A stretch of DNA of 64,000 bases, taken from contig CAWDLW010000008.1 of the NCBI GenBank assembly GCA_963803145.1, positions 352,001 to 416,000 of the forward strand, in the 5' to 3' direction. The notes beneath the pieces are model-generated. The model did no database searches. It was not told the origin of the DNA and saw only the letters and a program-made list of their open reading frames with translations. Made by a program: the position numbers and the translations under genes. Within the stretch, counting starts at the first letter, position 1, and each line of letters starts with the position of its first letter. Origin of the DNA: Methanotrichaceae archaeon (GTDB taxonomy: Archaea > Halobacteriota > Methanosarcinia > Methanotrichales > Methanotrichaceae). This document shows positions 40,553 to 51,038 of this stretch, one piece after another.

Positions 40553-41674
40553 TCATGCCTTATTCCATGATTCCAGAGGATACTTATCGATGCTCGAACC
40601 TCCAGGGATAGAATATCGTGAATCGTAGATCCCATCGCCATTGGCATCGACGCAGCCTTTTCCGGAGCCGTAATCGCTGTAGTGGTTGCCAACCGTCCCG
40701 TTATCCCATTGATTGGCCCCAGACTCATCATAGGCATTGTAGTTGGTGCTGTTTACCAAGTTGTTATGATAAATTCTGTTTTTGCTGCTGTAATAGTTGA
40801 GGTGAACACCGTCCAAGTTATCGCTTACATTGTTATCCCTTATAAGGTTCTCTGTGGAAGATTCAAGAAAGATTGCCTTTGAGTTTCTAGCCACCTCGTT
40901 TTCCACTAAAAGATTGTTGATGGAATCCCGGAGGAGTAAGCCATCGATATGATTGCCGCCAGCATTGTTGCTTCGAATAAGGTTATTCATAGAGTTCTCT
41001 TCAAGACAGATGCCATCTTTATTCCCTTTGGCAATATTTCCAGCAATAGTATTATTAGAGGAAGCCAATACCTCGATACCATCGTTACTGTTATTGGCGG
41101 CTGTATTTTCTATGATGTAGTTATCATGGGAGGTCTTCTCTACCTCGATTCCAACATCCCCATTTTCTCGCGCGATATTGCCTCTCAAGGTATTATTTGC
41201 CGATCCATCCAATTCTATGCCTGATACCCCATTGTTTCCGACTATATTTCTTGAAATGGTATTATTTGAGCCATCTTCCAGCCCTATTCCGCTGTATTCA
41301 TTATTTGTGGCAATATTTTCTTCTATGATGTTATCATTTGAGTCAACCCTAATTCCGATGTTTGATGAGTTGGTGGCATTAAAGCCTTGAAGGATTACTC
41401 CATTTGCAAAGAGAGTTATTGCGTCGCCATTGCCTCTCGCATCAACTACAGGATTGCCTATGCCTCTGAGAACGAGCGGTTTTGTGATCATCAGATTCTC
41501 ATAATATATGCCGCTTTGTACCTCCACGATGTCGCCAGGATTCGCTCTATCGATTGCATTCTGAATAATTTTGCCAGACGATACCGAAATGGTTGAGCAT
41601 TGCGATATCCCGATACTAATAGCGATTATGACAGAGAGAATACAGAGGATATCTTTGCCTAGCAAGCGATTCAA
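40553..41674 (-). CDS. Secreted NosD/CASH beta-helix protein
   Basis: IQNAIDRANPGD, GNHYSDY, DKYPL; probable TTG start overlapping the upstream TGA (TTGA). Confidence 0.85.
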   Translation of the reverse strand: MNRLLGKDILCILSVIIAISIGISQCSTISVSSGKIIQNAIDRANPGDIVEVQSGIYYENLMITKPLVLRGIGNPVVDARGNGDAITLFANGVILQGFNATNSSNIGIRVDSNDNIIEENIATNNEYSGIGLEDGSNNTISRNIVGNNGVSGIELDGSANNTLRGNIARENGDVGIEVEKTSHDNYIIENTAANNSNDGIEVLASSNNTIAGNIAKGNKDGICLEENSMNNLIRSNNAGGNHIDGLLLRDSINNLLVENEVARNSKAIFLESSTENLIRDNNVSDNLDGVHLNYYSSKNRIYHNNLVNSTNYNAYDESGANQWDNGTVGNHYSDYGSGKGCVDANGDGIYDSRYSIPGGSSIDKYPLESWNKA

Positions 41675-42971
41675 AGCATACCCCTTCCGACCTTTTGTAG
41701 AACATATTTCCCGGACTGCTGTACCATTGGGCTCCAATCCCTATCTGAGCCGATGGCATAAGGTGTATCACCTATTCCATCGTTCCCTTTATCTTGGCCA
41801 GAATAGTCGCTCCAGAAGTTACCAATATATCCAATCGCTGTCTTATTCTGGTATTCATAAAGGACAGTCTTAGTGGAGTTCCAGAGATTTACGGAGCCCT
41901 CGGAATGGGCATTATGTGCATTATCTATGAAATCGTTGAAATAGATCTCGTTGCTTCGAGAGGCTTGAATGAAAACACCGTATTGTCCGTTTTTGATTAG
42001 GTTTCCTGTAATTGAATTCCCACCGGAGCTAAAAAGAATTCTAAATCCATAAATATCGCCCAAGAGAGTATTATTTTCCAGGAGGTTTTGAGAGGACCCC
42101 ACTATGGCTATGCCATAATTGTTTTCGGAGATATTATTACACAAAATAATATTGCTATTGGAGCTACTGATGAAAATGCCTACATGATCATTGTTGCTGA
42201 TATTATTGTTTTGAATAGTATTGTTATACGAGTTCTGGAGCAAAATTCCTCCTTTTCTGCCATCTATCTGATTATTTTCTATCATGGAATTGCTGGTATT
42301 GAATAGGATGATGCTCACGGTGTTGTTTTCAAAATTAAGATCTTTTATCGTTATGTTTTTACAGCTTAAGCAATAGATTGTGCCTGCCCTGGAGGAAGAA
42401 TCAAGGAGCTGATCGGAGACGTTGTTTAGGTAATATATGGGCTTTCCATCAACAAGATTGCTAGTATCTATATCGTTATAATTATCAATATCCTTTAGGG
42501 ATATCACCTCAAAATTTGCCTGATTATCATAAATCAGATTGTTCCTGAGAATATTATGGTTCGAATTCACTATATCCATACCGAGTGAGTTATCGCTTAT
42601 TTTATTATTCCTAAGTATATTTCCACTGGAAAGTACCTTTATCCCTGCTCCAAGGGAATTTATTGCTTGTATCCCTCAACTGTAATTCCATTTGCAGATA
42701 ACACCAATGCGCTCGGCTGACCACTCGCATCAATCACTGTGTTTCCCATGCCCATTAGAGTCAAAGGCTTTGTTATATTCACATTTTCGAAATAAGTTCC
42801 ATTTGTCACATTGATAATATCGCCAGGTCTTGCTCTGTCAACAGCATCCTGGATCTTGGAGAATTTGGCCCCCTGGCCCACATCAATAGTGGATGCGTAA
42901 GCCGTATACATAAGAAGATGGATTACGGCAATCCCAAGGACTGCCAGAGATGCCTTTCTCCAGAAGATCAT
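41671..42971 (-). pseudogene. Secreted NosD/CASH beta-helix protein split by one frameshift near 42667
   Basis: N-part (KIQDAVDRARPGD) and C-part (DIDTSNLVDGKPIYY, GNFWSDY) join if one base is added. Confidence 0.8.
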
Positions 42972-44134
42972 TGAGATGAGCCTCCTAAGAGCGACTTAAG
43001 ATCATTCTTGAGATTATCGGATAGCTTAGCCTCGTCTAACTTCGATTTAGCAAGCGAGTAAAGGGTGAACTGATCGTACTTAATCCCTTCAAGGTCTGCA
43101 CCACTCAGATTGACCCCTGTCATCTCAACTCGATTCAAAGTTGAATCCCTAAGATTAGCGCCTGCCATATTGGAATTTGTCAGAAATACATCGGCCAGGT
43201 CAGAATTCTTAAGAATTGCACCTTTCAAGTCCACACCTCTCAGATCCAGCTCATGCAGACTAACTCTGTTAAGCTTTGCTCTATCTAGCACTGCTCCTAT
43301 GAGTCTCACTGAACTCAGATCTGCATCAGAGAGATCGGCCCCCGTCAGGTTTGCTCTGGTTAAATCAGCATAAGGTAGCTTGGCAGAGTTTAGATTGGTT
43401 CCAACCATTTTGGACTCGGTCATATCGGCATAGGCCAAATTGGCCCAATTCATGTTGGCGCCGGTAAAATCCGCCCTCATCAGATAAGCCCGCGTAAAAT
43501 CAGCATCACTCAAATCTGAGCCGCTTAGGTTGGCATCGTAAAGTTCAGCTCTGGAGAACTGACCTCTAGATAGGTAACCTCCGCTTAGATCTGCCCAACT
43601 TAAATGAGCCCCAATTAAATTGGCGCTAATTAAATATATGCTTTTGAGCGTTGCGCCACTTAAATCGGTTCTGAACAACCTGGCATCAGTCATATCAGCC
43701 CCAGAAAGATCTGCATCAGAAAGATCGGCCTCAGTGAGATCTGCCTTTGCCATATGTGCATCTACAAGCCTGGATTTTGATATATCCGCCCTTTTCAATA
43801 TAGATTCAGTTAAATCCGACCTATTCAAGTCTGTGTTATCCAGAACTGCGTCTGTAAGATCCGCTTTCGCAAATTTCGTATCTTCCATGCGAGAATTAGT
43901 TAACCAGGCAGATCGCAAATAGCTACCATTAAAATTTGAACCATTCAAATTGGAGCTCTCTAGATCTGACTGGTTCAAATTTTTATTGCTCAGATTCATG
44001 CCGCTAAGGTCCATATTGCTCAAATTCATGCGATCTGCAGTCTTGATGCCAAGATTCATCGGCTCTGTTGCCATGATGCAGCCTGTTGCAATCAATATAC
44101 ATATCAGAAGCTGTATCAGCAATTTAGCTTTCAT
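42968..44134 (-). CDS. Secreted pentapeptide-repeat protein
   Basis: GGAGGA RBS before MKAKLLIQ signal peptide; continuous A(D/N)LXX repeats. Confidence 0.88.
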   Translation of the reverse strand: MKAKLLIQLLICILIATGCIMATEPMNLGIKTADRMNLSNMDLSGMNLSNKNLNQSDLESSNLNGSNFNGSYLRSAWLTNSRMEDTKFAKADLTDAVLDNTDLNRSDLTESILKRADISKSRLVDAHMAKADLTEADLSDADLSGADMTDARLFRTDLSGATLKSIYLISANLIGAHLSWADLSGGYLSRGQFSRAELYDANLSGSDLSDADFTRAYLMRADFTGANMNWANLAYADMTESKMVGTNLNSAKLPYADLTRANLTGADLSDADLSSVRLIGAVLDRAKLNRVSLHELDLRGVDLKGAILKNSDLADVFLTNSNMAGANLRDSTLNRVEMTGVNLSGADLEGIKYDQFTLYSLAKSKLDEAKLSDNLKNDLKSLLGGSSQ

Positions 44135-44298
44135 CCATCCTCCTACACCAGGTTTGAATCCCCTTAAGCTAACTCTACAACCCATAGACTTCAAAAGAAT
44201 GTTGATAGAATAACTCATATTTAACCTTCTCCAATTTTGATGCATCTAAATCGATCTCCATTCCATTGAAATGCCGAAAATATCATAATGCTTGGAAT

Positions 44299-44964
44299 TC
44301 AAGTCACCTTCCATTTAGGATTTATTGAATCGAGGTATTTGAAATCGACAAAGCTATAAGGCGCTTTATAATAATAATTATCAGTCATAGTGCCGTAATA
44401 GCTATCCACCGCCAACCAGGTGTCGGAATGGTCCTTATCCTCTACTGCCACCCATAGGTGTCCTTGAGAATCGAATCCGTTTGGATCATAAAGGTATACT
44501 ACGTTATACCCGAAACTCTTGTAGATATCATTAAGCTTTTGAGAACCATCATAGCACATTCCCAAGGGCGACACAGGGAATATCGTGCACTTGTTAATTG
44601 CCTTTACAAAATTCAAATCACTGGTCTTTTTATATGTCACATTAGACTTTATAGCATCTTGAGGTATCACCTGTACAAGTCCCGATTGGTTCTTGGGAGG
44701 ACTCATCCATATATCTGCAAGCCTTGGAGATGCACCATTGGGAGTCAGATAAATCTCCTTTCCACTTGTGAATTTGACCGTTACGTAAGAACCAGTCGGC
44801 TCCGCATTGTATCCATGGGTTGCCAGAAAGAACGCCAGATCTTTTACGCTGATGCCGATATCCTCGTAGCTGGATAGAAGCAACCAAAGATCGTTCTCTT
44901 CGCTCGCATGAGAACAATCGATGATCAAGATGACGCATAGAGCCAGCAAAACGAATAACCGCAT
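44299..44964 (-). CDS. Secreted protein: unnamed N-domain plus papain/transglutaminase-like domain
   Basis: Signal peptide; GMCYDGS, GHLWVAV, AVDSYY putative Cys-His-Asp; N-domain matches 49270-49572. Confidence 0.65.
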   Translation of the reverse strand: MRLFVLLALCVILIIDCSHASEENDLWLLLSSYEDIGISVKDLAFFLATHGYNAEPTGSYVTVKFTSGKEIYLTPNGASPRLADIWMSPPKNQSGLVQVIPQDAIKSNVTYKKTSDLNFVKAINKCTIFPVSPLGMCYDGSQKLNDIYKSFGYNVVYLYDPNGFDSQGHLWVAVEDKDHSDTWLAVDSYYGTMTDNYYYKAPYSFVDFKYLDSINPKWKVT

Positions 44965-45207
44965 TCCATCCCCGATACCAAGGCTACAGCTTAATTTTTT
45001 GCTTATGTCATTGATTCTAACTATAATAGGCTTACGGAGAATCAGGGCAAGTATGTAGAGCGTTGAAAGATAGTAACATACTATTGCCTGTGACTAATGT
45101 AAGGACGATATATGACCACGGACATAGTTTTTATTTTATCAACATGTGTATTTATAATTCTTATTTGTAATAAGAATGTTTATTAACCTGTAGCGATTAG
45201 TGCTATC

Positions 45208-47982
45208 ATGGCCCTACCAGGGATGAGGCACCTTCTTGGAAGCTATCTACTCGTAATTTTATTGTTAGCTATAATAGGCATAGCCGAATGCAATACAACC
45301 TTCAGCCAGCCCCTGAAAAATTCTTCTGAGCTAGTGGGCAAGAACCTCAGCAATGGCAATCTCTCCGAGTCACGCCCAAACAGATCTAACGCGCAGGCCA
45401 GCAGCCTCAAAGGCTCAGACCTGCCTGGAGCAGACCTAGAAATCACACCCAAACAGATACTGATTCTCGCCTCTTACAATCCAGGCTTGAGATGGACTGA
45501 TTTGCAAGGGAGTGCGATCGAAAATCAGCTTTCAATATACTACCCAATGGCTAATTTCACATTTGAATATATGGACACTAAGAAACAAGCTCCAACTAAG
45601 GCGCGTCTGGCTGAATTGAAAGAGTTATATAAAAACAGATACTCTGGCCGCCATTTTGATGTCATAATCTGCTCCGATGATGATGCCTTCGATTTTCTGT
45701 TGGACAATAGAAATAATCTGTTTCCTGGCAGCCCGGTAGTCTTCTGCGGAGTGAACTTCTTCGACGACAAGATGCTTGAGGGAAAGATTGGCTTCACGGG
45801 TGTAGTAGAAGCATACGACATTTATGATATAATCTCTCTGATGCTTAAGTTGCATCCGAAAACACGACAAATCGTAATAGTAAACGATCGGACTACCACC
45901 GGCAAAGCAAATCAAAAGGTTCTGAACCAGACCCTGCCGGAATTCAGCTCAAATGTTAGCTTCGCTATCTGGGACAATATGACTGTGGAGGAGCTCGAGC
46001 ATAACGCCTCTGCACTATCCAATGATAGCCTAATTCTTCTTCTCAATTACAATCGGGATCGAGCAGGAAGAGCCCTGACTCATGAAGAAAGTGCATGGAT
46101 TCTCAGAAGTGCGAGTTCTGTTCCAATCTATGGCCCGCATGATGTATACATGGGCTTTGGTGTATTGGGGGGAGCCATAACATCTGGCCAAATCCAGGGA
46201 AGCCTGGCCGCAAATCTGGCACTTCGTATACTCAAAGGCGAACAGGCAGATAAAATTCCCGTGATAAAAAAAGTGCCGACTCCTTATATGTTCGATATGA
46301 TAGAACTGAGACGTTTCAAGATAAGTCCTTCAGAGCTCCCACCTGGAAGCATAATCATTAACCAGCCTTTTCAGCCGCTTGCCGATTTGAGCAACATGAA
46401 CCTCAGCGGCTTGGATCTGTCAGGGTTCAATATGAGCAGGTCGCAACTACAAAATTCGAATCTGGATATAACCAATATGAGCAGATCGTCTCTTGAAGGT
46501 GCAAGAATGGTCAACGACAGCATGATCAGAACGAACCTTCAACATGCAATTATGGATGATACCGATATCGAAAATTCCGATCTGACTCTTGCCAATATCA
46601 AGGGTTCGAGGCTTATCGGGTCAGACCTGACCAACTCGAATATGACTGGAGCGGATCTTACTGAAGCAGACCTTCAACAAGCAAGGATGAGCGGGAGCAA
46701 GCTTGTCGGAGCGAAGCTGGATAAAGCAAACTTAACAGCTGCCAATCTTAGCGATTCAAATTTGACGAACGCGTCTCTTTCAGGAACCTATATGAGACGG
46801 GCCCTATTATCCGATTCAACTCTTGTCGGAGCAAACCTCAGTGGAGCAGACCTCGTGGGCTCCAATCTCATAAATGCCGATGTAAGTAAGGCAAAACTTC
46901 GAGGGACTGATCTATCCGAGTCTCGTTGTCATGGTGCAAAGTTCATCGGCTCTCAGTTAATCAATTGCACCTTAGCTTTTGCAAATCTGACCGGTGCAAA
47001 CCTTAGCAATGCGAACCTCTCAGGCTCGTATCTTGTAGCCTCGGAACTTACTGGTTCCGATCTCTCCAGAGCTAACCTATCGGGTGCAAACCTTGAGGCA
47101 GCTTATATTGAGAAAACCAAAGCTGTCGATGTCCTGCTGGTGGGCGCTAGTTTGACTGGAGCACACCTGGAGGATTCTGATCTATCGAATTCCGATCTCG
47201 AAGAAGCCGATCTGACCGGCGCCCTGCTTGGAGGGTGCAACCTGAATGGTGCCAATTTGAATGGTGCCAGGCTGGTGGGTGCAGATCTTAGCCAAGCCAT
47301 CCTGAAAGGTGCACATCTGACCCGGGCCAATATGGTTGGTGCCAAAATGAATTGGATGGAGATGAGCGACAGCAGTCTCACAAATTCCCAGTTCACCAGA
47401 GCAGAACTCTTTGGTGCCAACCTGAGCCATTCAGATCTGACTGGTTCGGACTTTACGCGGGCGTATTTAGTGAGAACGAATCTATCGGATTGCACTATGA
47501 AGGGCGTCACCTTAGATTATGCTGATCTCAGCAATGCAAACCTGAGAAATGCCAATCTGGACCAGGGCAGATTATATAACCTCTTCATGAATGGCGCGGA
47601 CCTATCGGGCGCAGACTTGAGGGGGTCTTACATGTACGGCATGACCCTTGATGGAACTATTTGGCGCAAGGCGAAATTGAGATCATCCAACATAATTTTG
47701 CTGAACTTCTTGAATGCGGACTTCAGCGGTGCCGATTTGAGGAATACCCGGTTTGCCCAGACATACATGAATAATACCAACTTTTCAGGCGCGGATCTGA
47801 GCGGAGTCATCTTTGATACATGTGCCTTCGAAAACGCTGATTTCAGGGATGCAGATCTGCAGGGAGTCAAGTACGATTCTATAGCACTTGGTTTTTTCGC
47901 GGTGTCAAAACTCGATGGGGCCAAGATTAGCGCAGATCTGCAGAAGGATCTCGAAAAATTGAGATCAGGAAAAAAGACATGA
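45208..47982 (+). CDS. Secreted fusion of a solute-binding/sensor domain and a long pentapeptide-repeat solenoid
   Basis: Signal peptide; ILILASYNPGLRWTD, EYMDTK, DVIICSDDDA, PVVFCGVN, GVLGG, LPPGSIIIN; then ~520 aa of pentapeptide repeats. Confidence 0.8.
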   Translation: MALPGMRHLLGSYLLVILLLAIIGIAECNTTFSQPLKNSSELVGKNLSNGNLSESRPNRSNAQASSLKGSDLPGADLEITPKQILILASYNPGLRWTDLQGSAIENQLSIYYPMANFTFEYMDTKKQAPTKARLAELKELYKNRYSGRHFDVIICSDDDAFDFLLDNRNNLFPGSPVVFCGVNFFDDKMLEGKIGFTGVVEAYDIYDIISLMLKLHPKTRQIVIVNDRTTTGKANQKVLNQTLPEFSSNVSFAIWDNMTVEELEHNASALSNDSLILLLNYNRDRAGRALTHEESAWILRSASSVPIYGPHDVYMGFGVLGGAITSGQIQGSLAANLALRILKGEQADKIPVIKKVPTPYMFDMIELRRFKISPSELPPGSIIINQPFQPLADLSNMNLSGLDLSGFNMSRSQLQNSNLDITNMSRSSLEGARMVNDSMIRTNLQHAIMDDTDIENSDLTLANIKGSRLIGSDLTNSNMTGADLTEADLQQARMSGSKLVGAKLDKANLTAANLSDSNLTNASLSGTYMRRALLSDSTLVGANLSGADLVGSNLINADVSKAKLRGTDLSESRCHGAKFIGSQLINCTLAFANLTGANLSNANLSGSYLVASELTGSDLSRANLSGANLEAAYIEKTKAVDVLLVGASLTGAHLEDSDLSNSDLEEADLTGALLGGCNLNGANLNGARLVGADLSQAILKGAHLTRANMVGAKMNWMEMSDSSLTNSQFTRAELFGANLSHSDLTGSDFTRAYLVRTNLSDCTMKGVTLDYADLSNANLRNANLDQGRLYNLFMNGADLSGADLRGSYMYGMTLDGTIWRKAKLRSSNIILLNFLNADFSGADLRNTRFAQTYMNNTNFSGADLSGVIFDTCAFENADFRDADLQGVKYDSIALGFFAVSKLDGAKISADLQKDLEKLRSGKKT

Positions 47983-49086
47983 TGAGACTTGTTGGGAGAA
48001 TGATGACAATGCAAAAGAACATATACGTATCAACATGGTGGAACGTGATTCTTTGTGCCATTCTCTTAGTTGGTTTTGCCGGGAATTGCAGTGCTGCAGC
48101 TGTAGATAACTCATCGGGAAAATCCGAGCTAAATGTGACCTTAATCAATATTGGCCCCGTTGGAACCTACGGCTGGGCTTACGAGGGCCATATGGCAGCA
48201 TCCAAAATGGCCCAGAAGCTTCCTTACGTGAGATTTTCCGAGATAGCGAATGTTGACGCTCCTAATGCTCCCCGAATATTGAGAGAATGCGCCAATAATG
48301 GATCTAAACTTATATTCTGTCACAGCGCTGACTTCCTGAATGCAATCAATGAAGTAGCTCCTGAATATCCGGACGTCATTTTCATGTGGGGCAACGGGGA
48401 TAGAAAGCTGGTTTCCAACGCAGGAGTTTATTACGGAAAGATGGATGAGCCTATGTATCTTGCTGGAATAGTGGCAGGGAATATGACCAAGACGGATAAG
48501 ATCGGTTTTGCGGCAGCCTTTCCCACATTTCAGGTAATAACAACCATCAATGCCTTTGCCAAGGGAATCGCATCTTCCAACCCCCATGCCAAGGTTTATG
48601 TGGAGTGGATCGGAGAGCTGGTATGATCCAGGAAAAGAGCGGGCTGTAGCCATGTCACTTATCAATGAAGGGTGCGACATCTTAACCCATGCGTCCACCT
48701 CCGATGCTACTGGCGAGACCGCTGATGAGATGGGCGTTTACTTCATATCTTCTGGCTCTGACAGCGGCAGGTTCTCTCCTCGTGTATACCTAACTGGCGC
48801 AAATTGGAACTTGGAACCTATTATGACCGATATTGTAGAATCTGTGCATAACGGAACCTGGGATTCTCGTCCTGGACAGGAATGGGGGTACGGACTGGCA
48901 GAGGGTGGAGTTAAATTGGCACCTTTCGGCAACATGGTTCCGGCTAGTGTCAGATCTTTTGTAAACGAGAAACAAAAAGAGCTTATTCAGGGGAAACTGG
49001 CAATATTCCCAGGAATGAAGGATGAAGATCTGAAAAAGATGTACTACCTCGAACCCAATGTAGTAGGAGAGCTGCCGAAACCGTGA
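47979..49086 (+). pseudogene. BMP-family solute-binding protein split by one frameshift near 48615
   Basis: GPVGTYGWAYEG, YLAGIVAG.MTKTDKIGF, NAFAKG, then SWYDPGKE in the next frame. Confidence 0.8.
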
Positions 49087-49269
49087 GGCTTTTCCATCTT
49101 TTCTGGTTGATGCCGCTTAGCTTATTGTTTTCTCGAAGCGGCTGATTCCAGATTAAAATTTATAGTAAATGAGTACAGATCTGAAGGATGCAGATGCGAA
49201 TTGCAACTCAAAGGAGCATTCTGAGCAAGATCCCATGAAGGCATACAAACGATTCATAGAGGACCAACG

Positions 49270-49572
49270 ATGGGAAAATATCTAATCATCGCTGCAGCCT
49301 GCTTATTAATCCAGGCGCTGCTTATTACAGCCTCAGGAGGAGGCAATGATCTAGATGAGATGAAACAGCTCCTAGCCTCATTAAACGATCCCAAGATGGC
49401 CGTATCGGATCTGGCATTCTTTCTGGCAACCCATAACTATGATGCGAGGCCAACCAAGGACTATGTAGAGCTTAAGCTGGATGGCAAGGTCTACAAGCTC
49501 ATACCTAATGGCGATGGCTCAGGATTGTGCAAGGTCGTCCCATTAAATGGACCTCAGGTCTTATCTGATTGA
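49270..49572 (+). CDS. Small secreted protein (stand-alone DLAFFLATH domain)
   Basis: GAGG RBS, signal peptide, similarity to the N-domain of 44299-44964. Confidence 0.75.
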   Translation: MGKYLIIAAACLLIQALLITASGGGNDLDEMKQLLASLNDPKMAVSDLAFFLATHNYDARPTKDYVELKLDGKVYKLIPNGDGSGLCKVVPLNGPQVLSD

Positions 49573-49721
49573 AATAAACTCCGCCATTGGTTATCAGCTA
49601 CCAATAACATGGCGACCTCAAAGCCTAAAGGAGACCAGCTTGAGATACGATCAAGATGCGCCTTTTCTTGATAGCCAAATTACTCAATGGCAGTTTCAGC
49701 ATCAAACAGCATCAAAAATAA

Positions 49722-50645
49722 TTATGCCTTCTCTGCCCTCGCCTGCTCCTTTCTCCTGCCCTCGAACTCCTGCTGAACATCGCACCCTAGCCGCCCAATT
49801 GCATCTGAGCGGCACTGCCTACAGTGCCTCATCTGTTTAATTATCTTGCCCAGCTCGTCTTGAATCTTCCTTTTCTCCTCAGGCGATGGCGGCTTGATGT
49901 TGGCAAACTTATACTGGGGTATGAGAGGCATGACGTTATGAATGAAGACCCCCATCTCCTTGATCTTTCGGGCAACATCGAAGACATGCTTATCATTTAT
50001 TCCTGGAATAAGCACAGTATTTACCTTCACGATCTTCTTCAGCTTGAGTGCCTCAGCTATTCCCTTCAGCTGCTGATCGCGTAAAAGAGTTGCTGCCTCA
50101 ATGCCCTCATAACGCTTTCCTTTATATGTTACGTAATCGTATATTTGCTGGCCGATCTGAGGGTCTATTGCATTCATAGTTACTGTTATATTGCACACGC
50201 CAAGCTTATCCAGCTCATTGATCTTATCCGGCAAAAGCAGACCGTTGGTGCTGATGCACAGGATCAGGTTGGGATACTTCTGTCCGACAAGGCGCAGAGT
50301 CTCGAATGTCTCCTCATTTGCCAGAGGCTCGCCGGGACCTGCGACTGCAACAACCTTGATGTAATGGTATTTCGCGAGAACTTCGTCTACCCGAGCCAGG
50401 GCCTCCTGAGGGGTAAGAACACTAGAGGTCACTCCAGGCCTTGACTCATTTACGCAATCAAAATCCCTGACACAGTATTTGCATTGAATATTGCACTTCG
50501 GCGCAACGGCCAGATGCATTCTTCCGAATGCATGGCATGCTTGCTCGCTGAAGCAGGGGTGCTCCTTTATCCTCCTTAGCTGCTCGGGATCATAGGGAAC
50601 CTCCCTTCCGCCCACGTTGGCAACGGGAAACGTTTCTTCGCTCAT
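49722..50645 (-). CDS. nifB: NifB radical-SAM protein (single-domain form)
   Basis: HPCF, RMHLAVAPKCNIQCKYC, DCVNESRPG, AGPGEPLAN, CRQCRSDA. Confidence 0.9.
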   Translation of the reverse strand: MSEETFPVANVGGREVPYDPEQLRRIKEHPCFSEQACHAFGRMHLAVAPKCNIQCKYCVRDFDCVNESRPGVTSSVLTPQEALARVDEVLAKYHYIKVVAVAGPGEPLANEETFETLRLVGQKYPNLILCISTNGLLLPDKINELDKLGVCNITVTMNAIDPQIGQQIYDYVTYKGKRYEGIEAATLLRDQQLKGIAEALKLKKIVKVNTVLIPGINDKHVFDVARKIKEMGVFIHNVMPLIPQYKFANIKPPSPEEKRKIQDELGKIIKQMRHCRQCRSDAIGRLGCDVQQEFEGRRKEQARAEKA

Positions 50646-50745
50646 ACTAGGGACTCCGCAACCTAGGTTATGATGAAGGATGCCTAAAAAGATTTGCATC
50701 CAAGAGGCGCAAAGATACTTATCATATGTTGTTTAAGATCATATT

Positions 50746-51036
50746 ATGCCTGAGAAGGATAAGTTTGTAATCTGGCCGATTTACTTCGATTCCACAAAAA
50801 GCCGCAGCGAGGGCAGAGCCGTTGCGACTGGCGATGCAGTCAGCAACCCCAACATCGATGACATTATAACCGCCGCATTGAAGGCTGGCCTGAAGCCTGA
50901 GATAGAACGCGAGAAGCGTCATCCGAAAACGTGGTATGAGAGCGCCGGAAGAATCCTTCTGCCGAAAAGTGGCCCTAAATCTGCCGTCTTGAAGAAGATA
51001 GCTGGGTCTTTGAAGTTTAAGAAAAAGAAGGGCTAA
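50746..51036 (+). CDS. srp19: Signal recognition particle protein SRP19
   Basis: VIWPIYFDSTKSRSEGR, AVSNP, KRHPKTW, GRIL. Confidence 0.92.
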   Translation: MPEKDKFVIWPIYFDSTKSRSEGRAVATGDAVSNPNIDDIITAALKAGLKPEIEREKRHPKTWYESAGRILLPKSGPKSAVLKKIAGSLKFKKKKG

Positions 51037-51038
51037 GT

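Noticed and set aside
38403-42971. Nitrous-oxide reductase (nos) cluster
   Set aside because: NosD-like beta-helices are common methanogen surface proteins; no nosZ/F/Y/L present.
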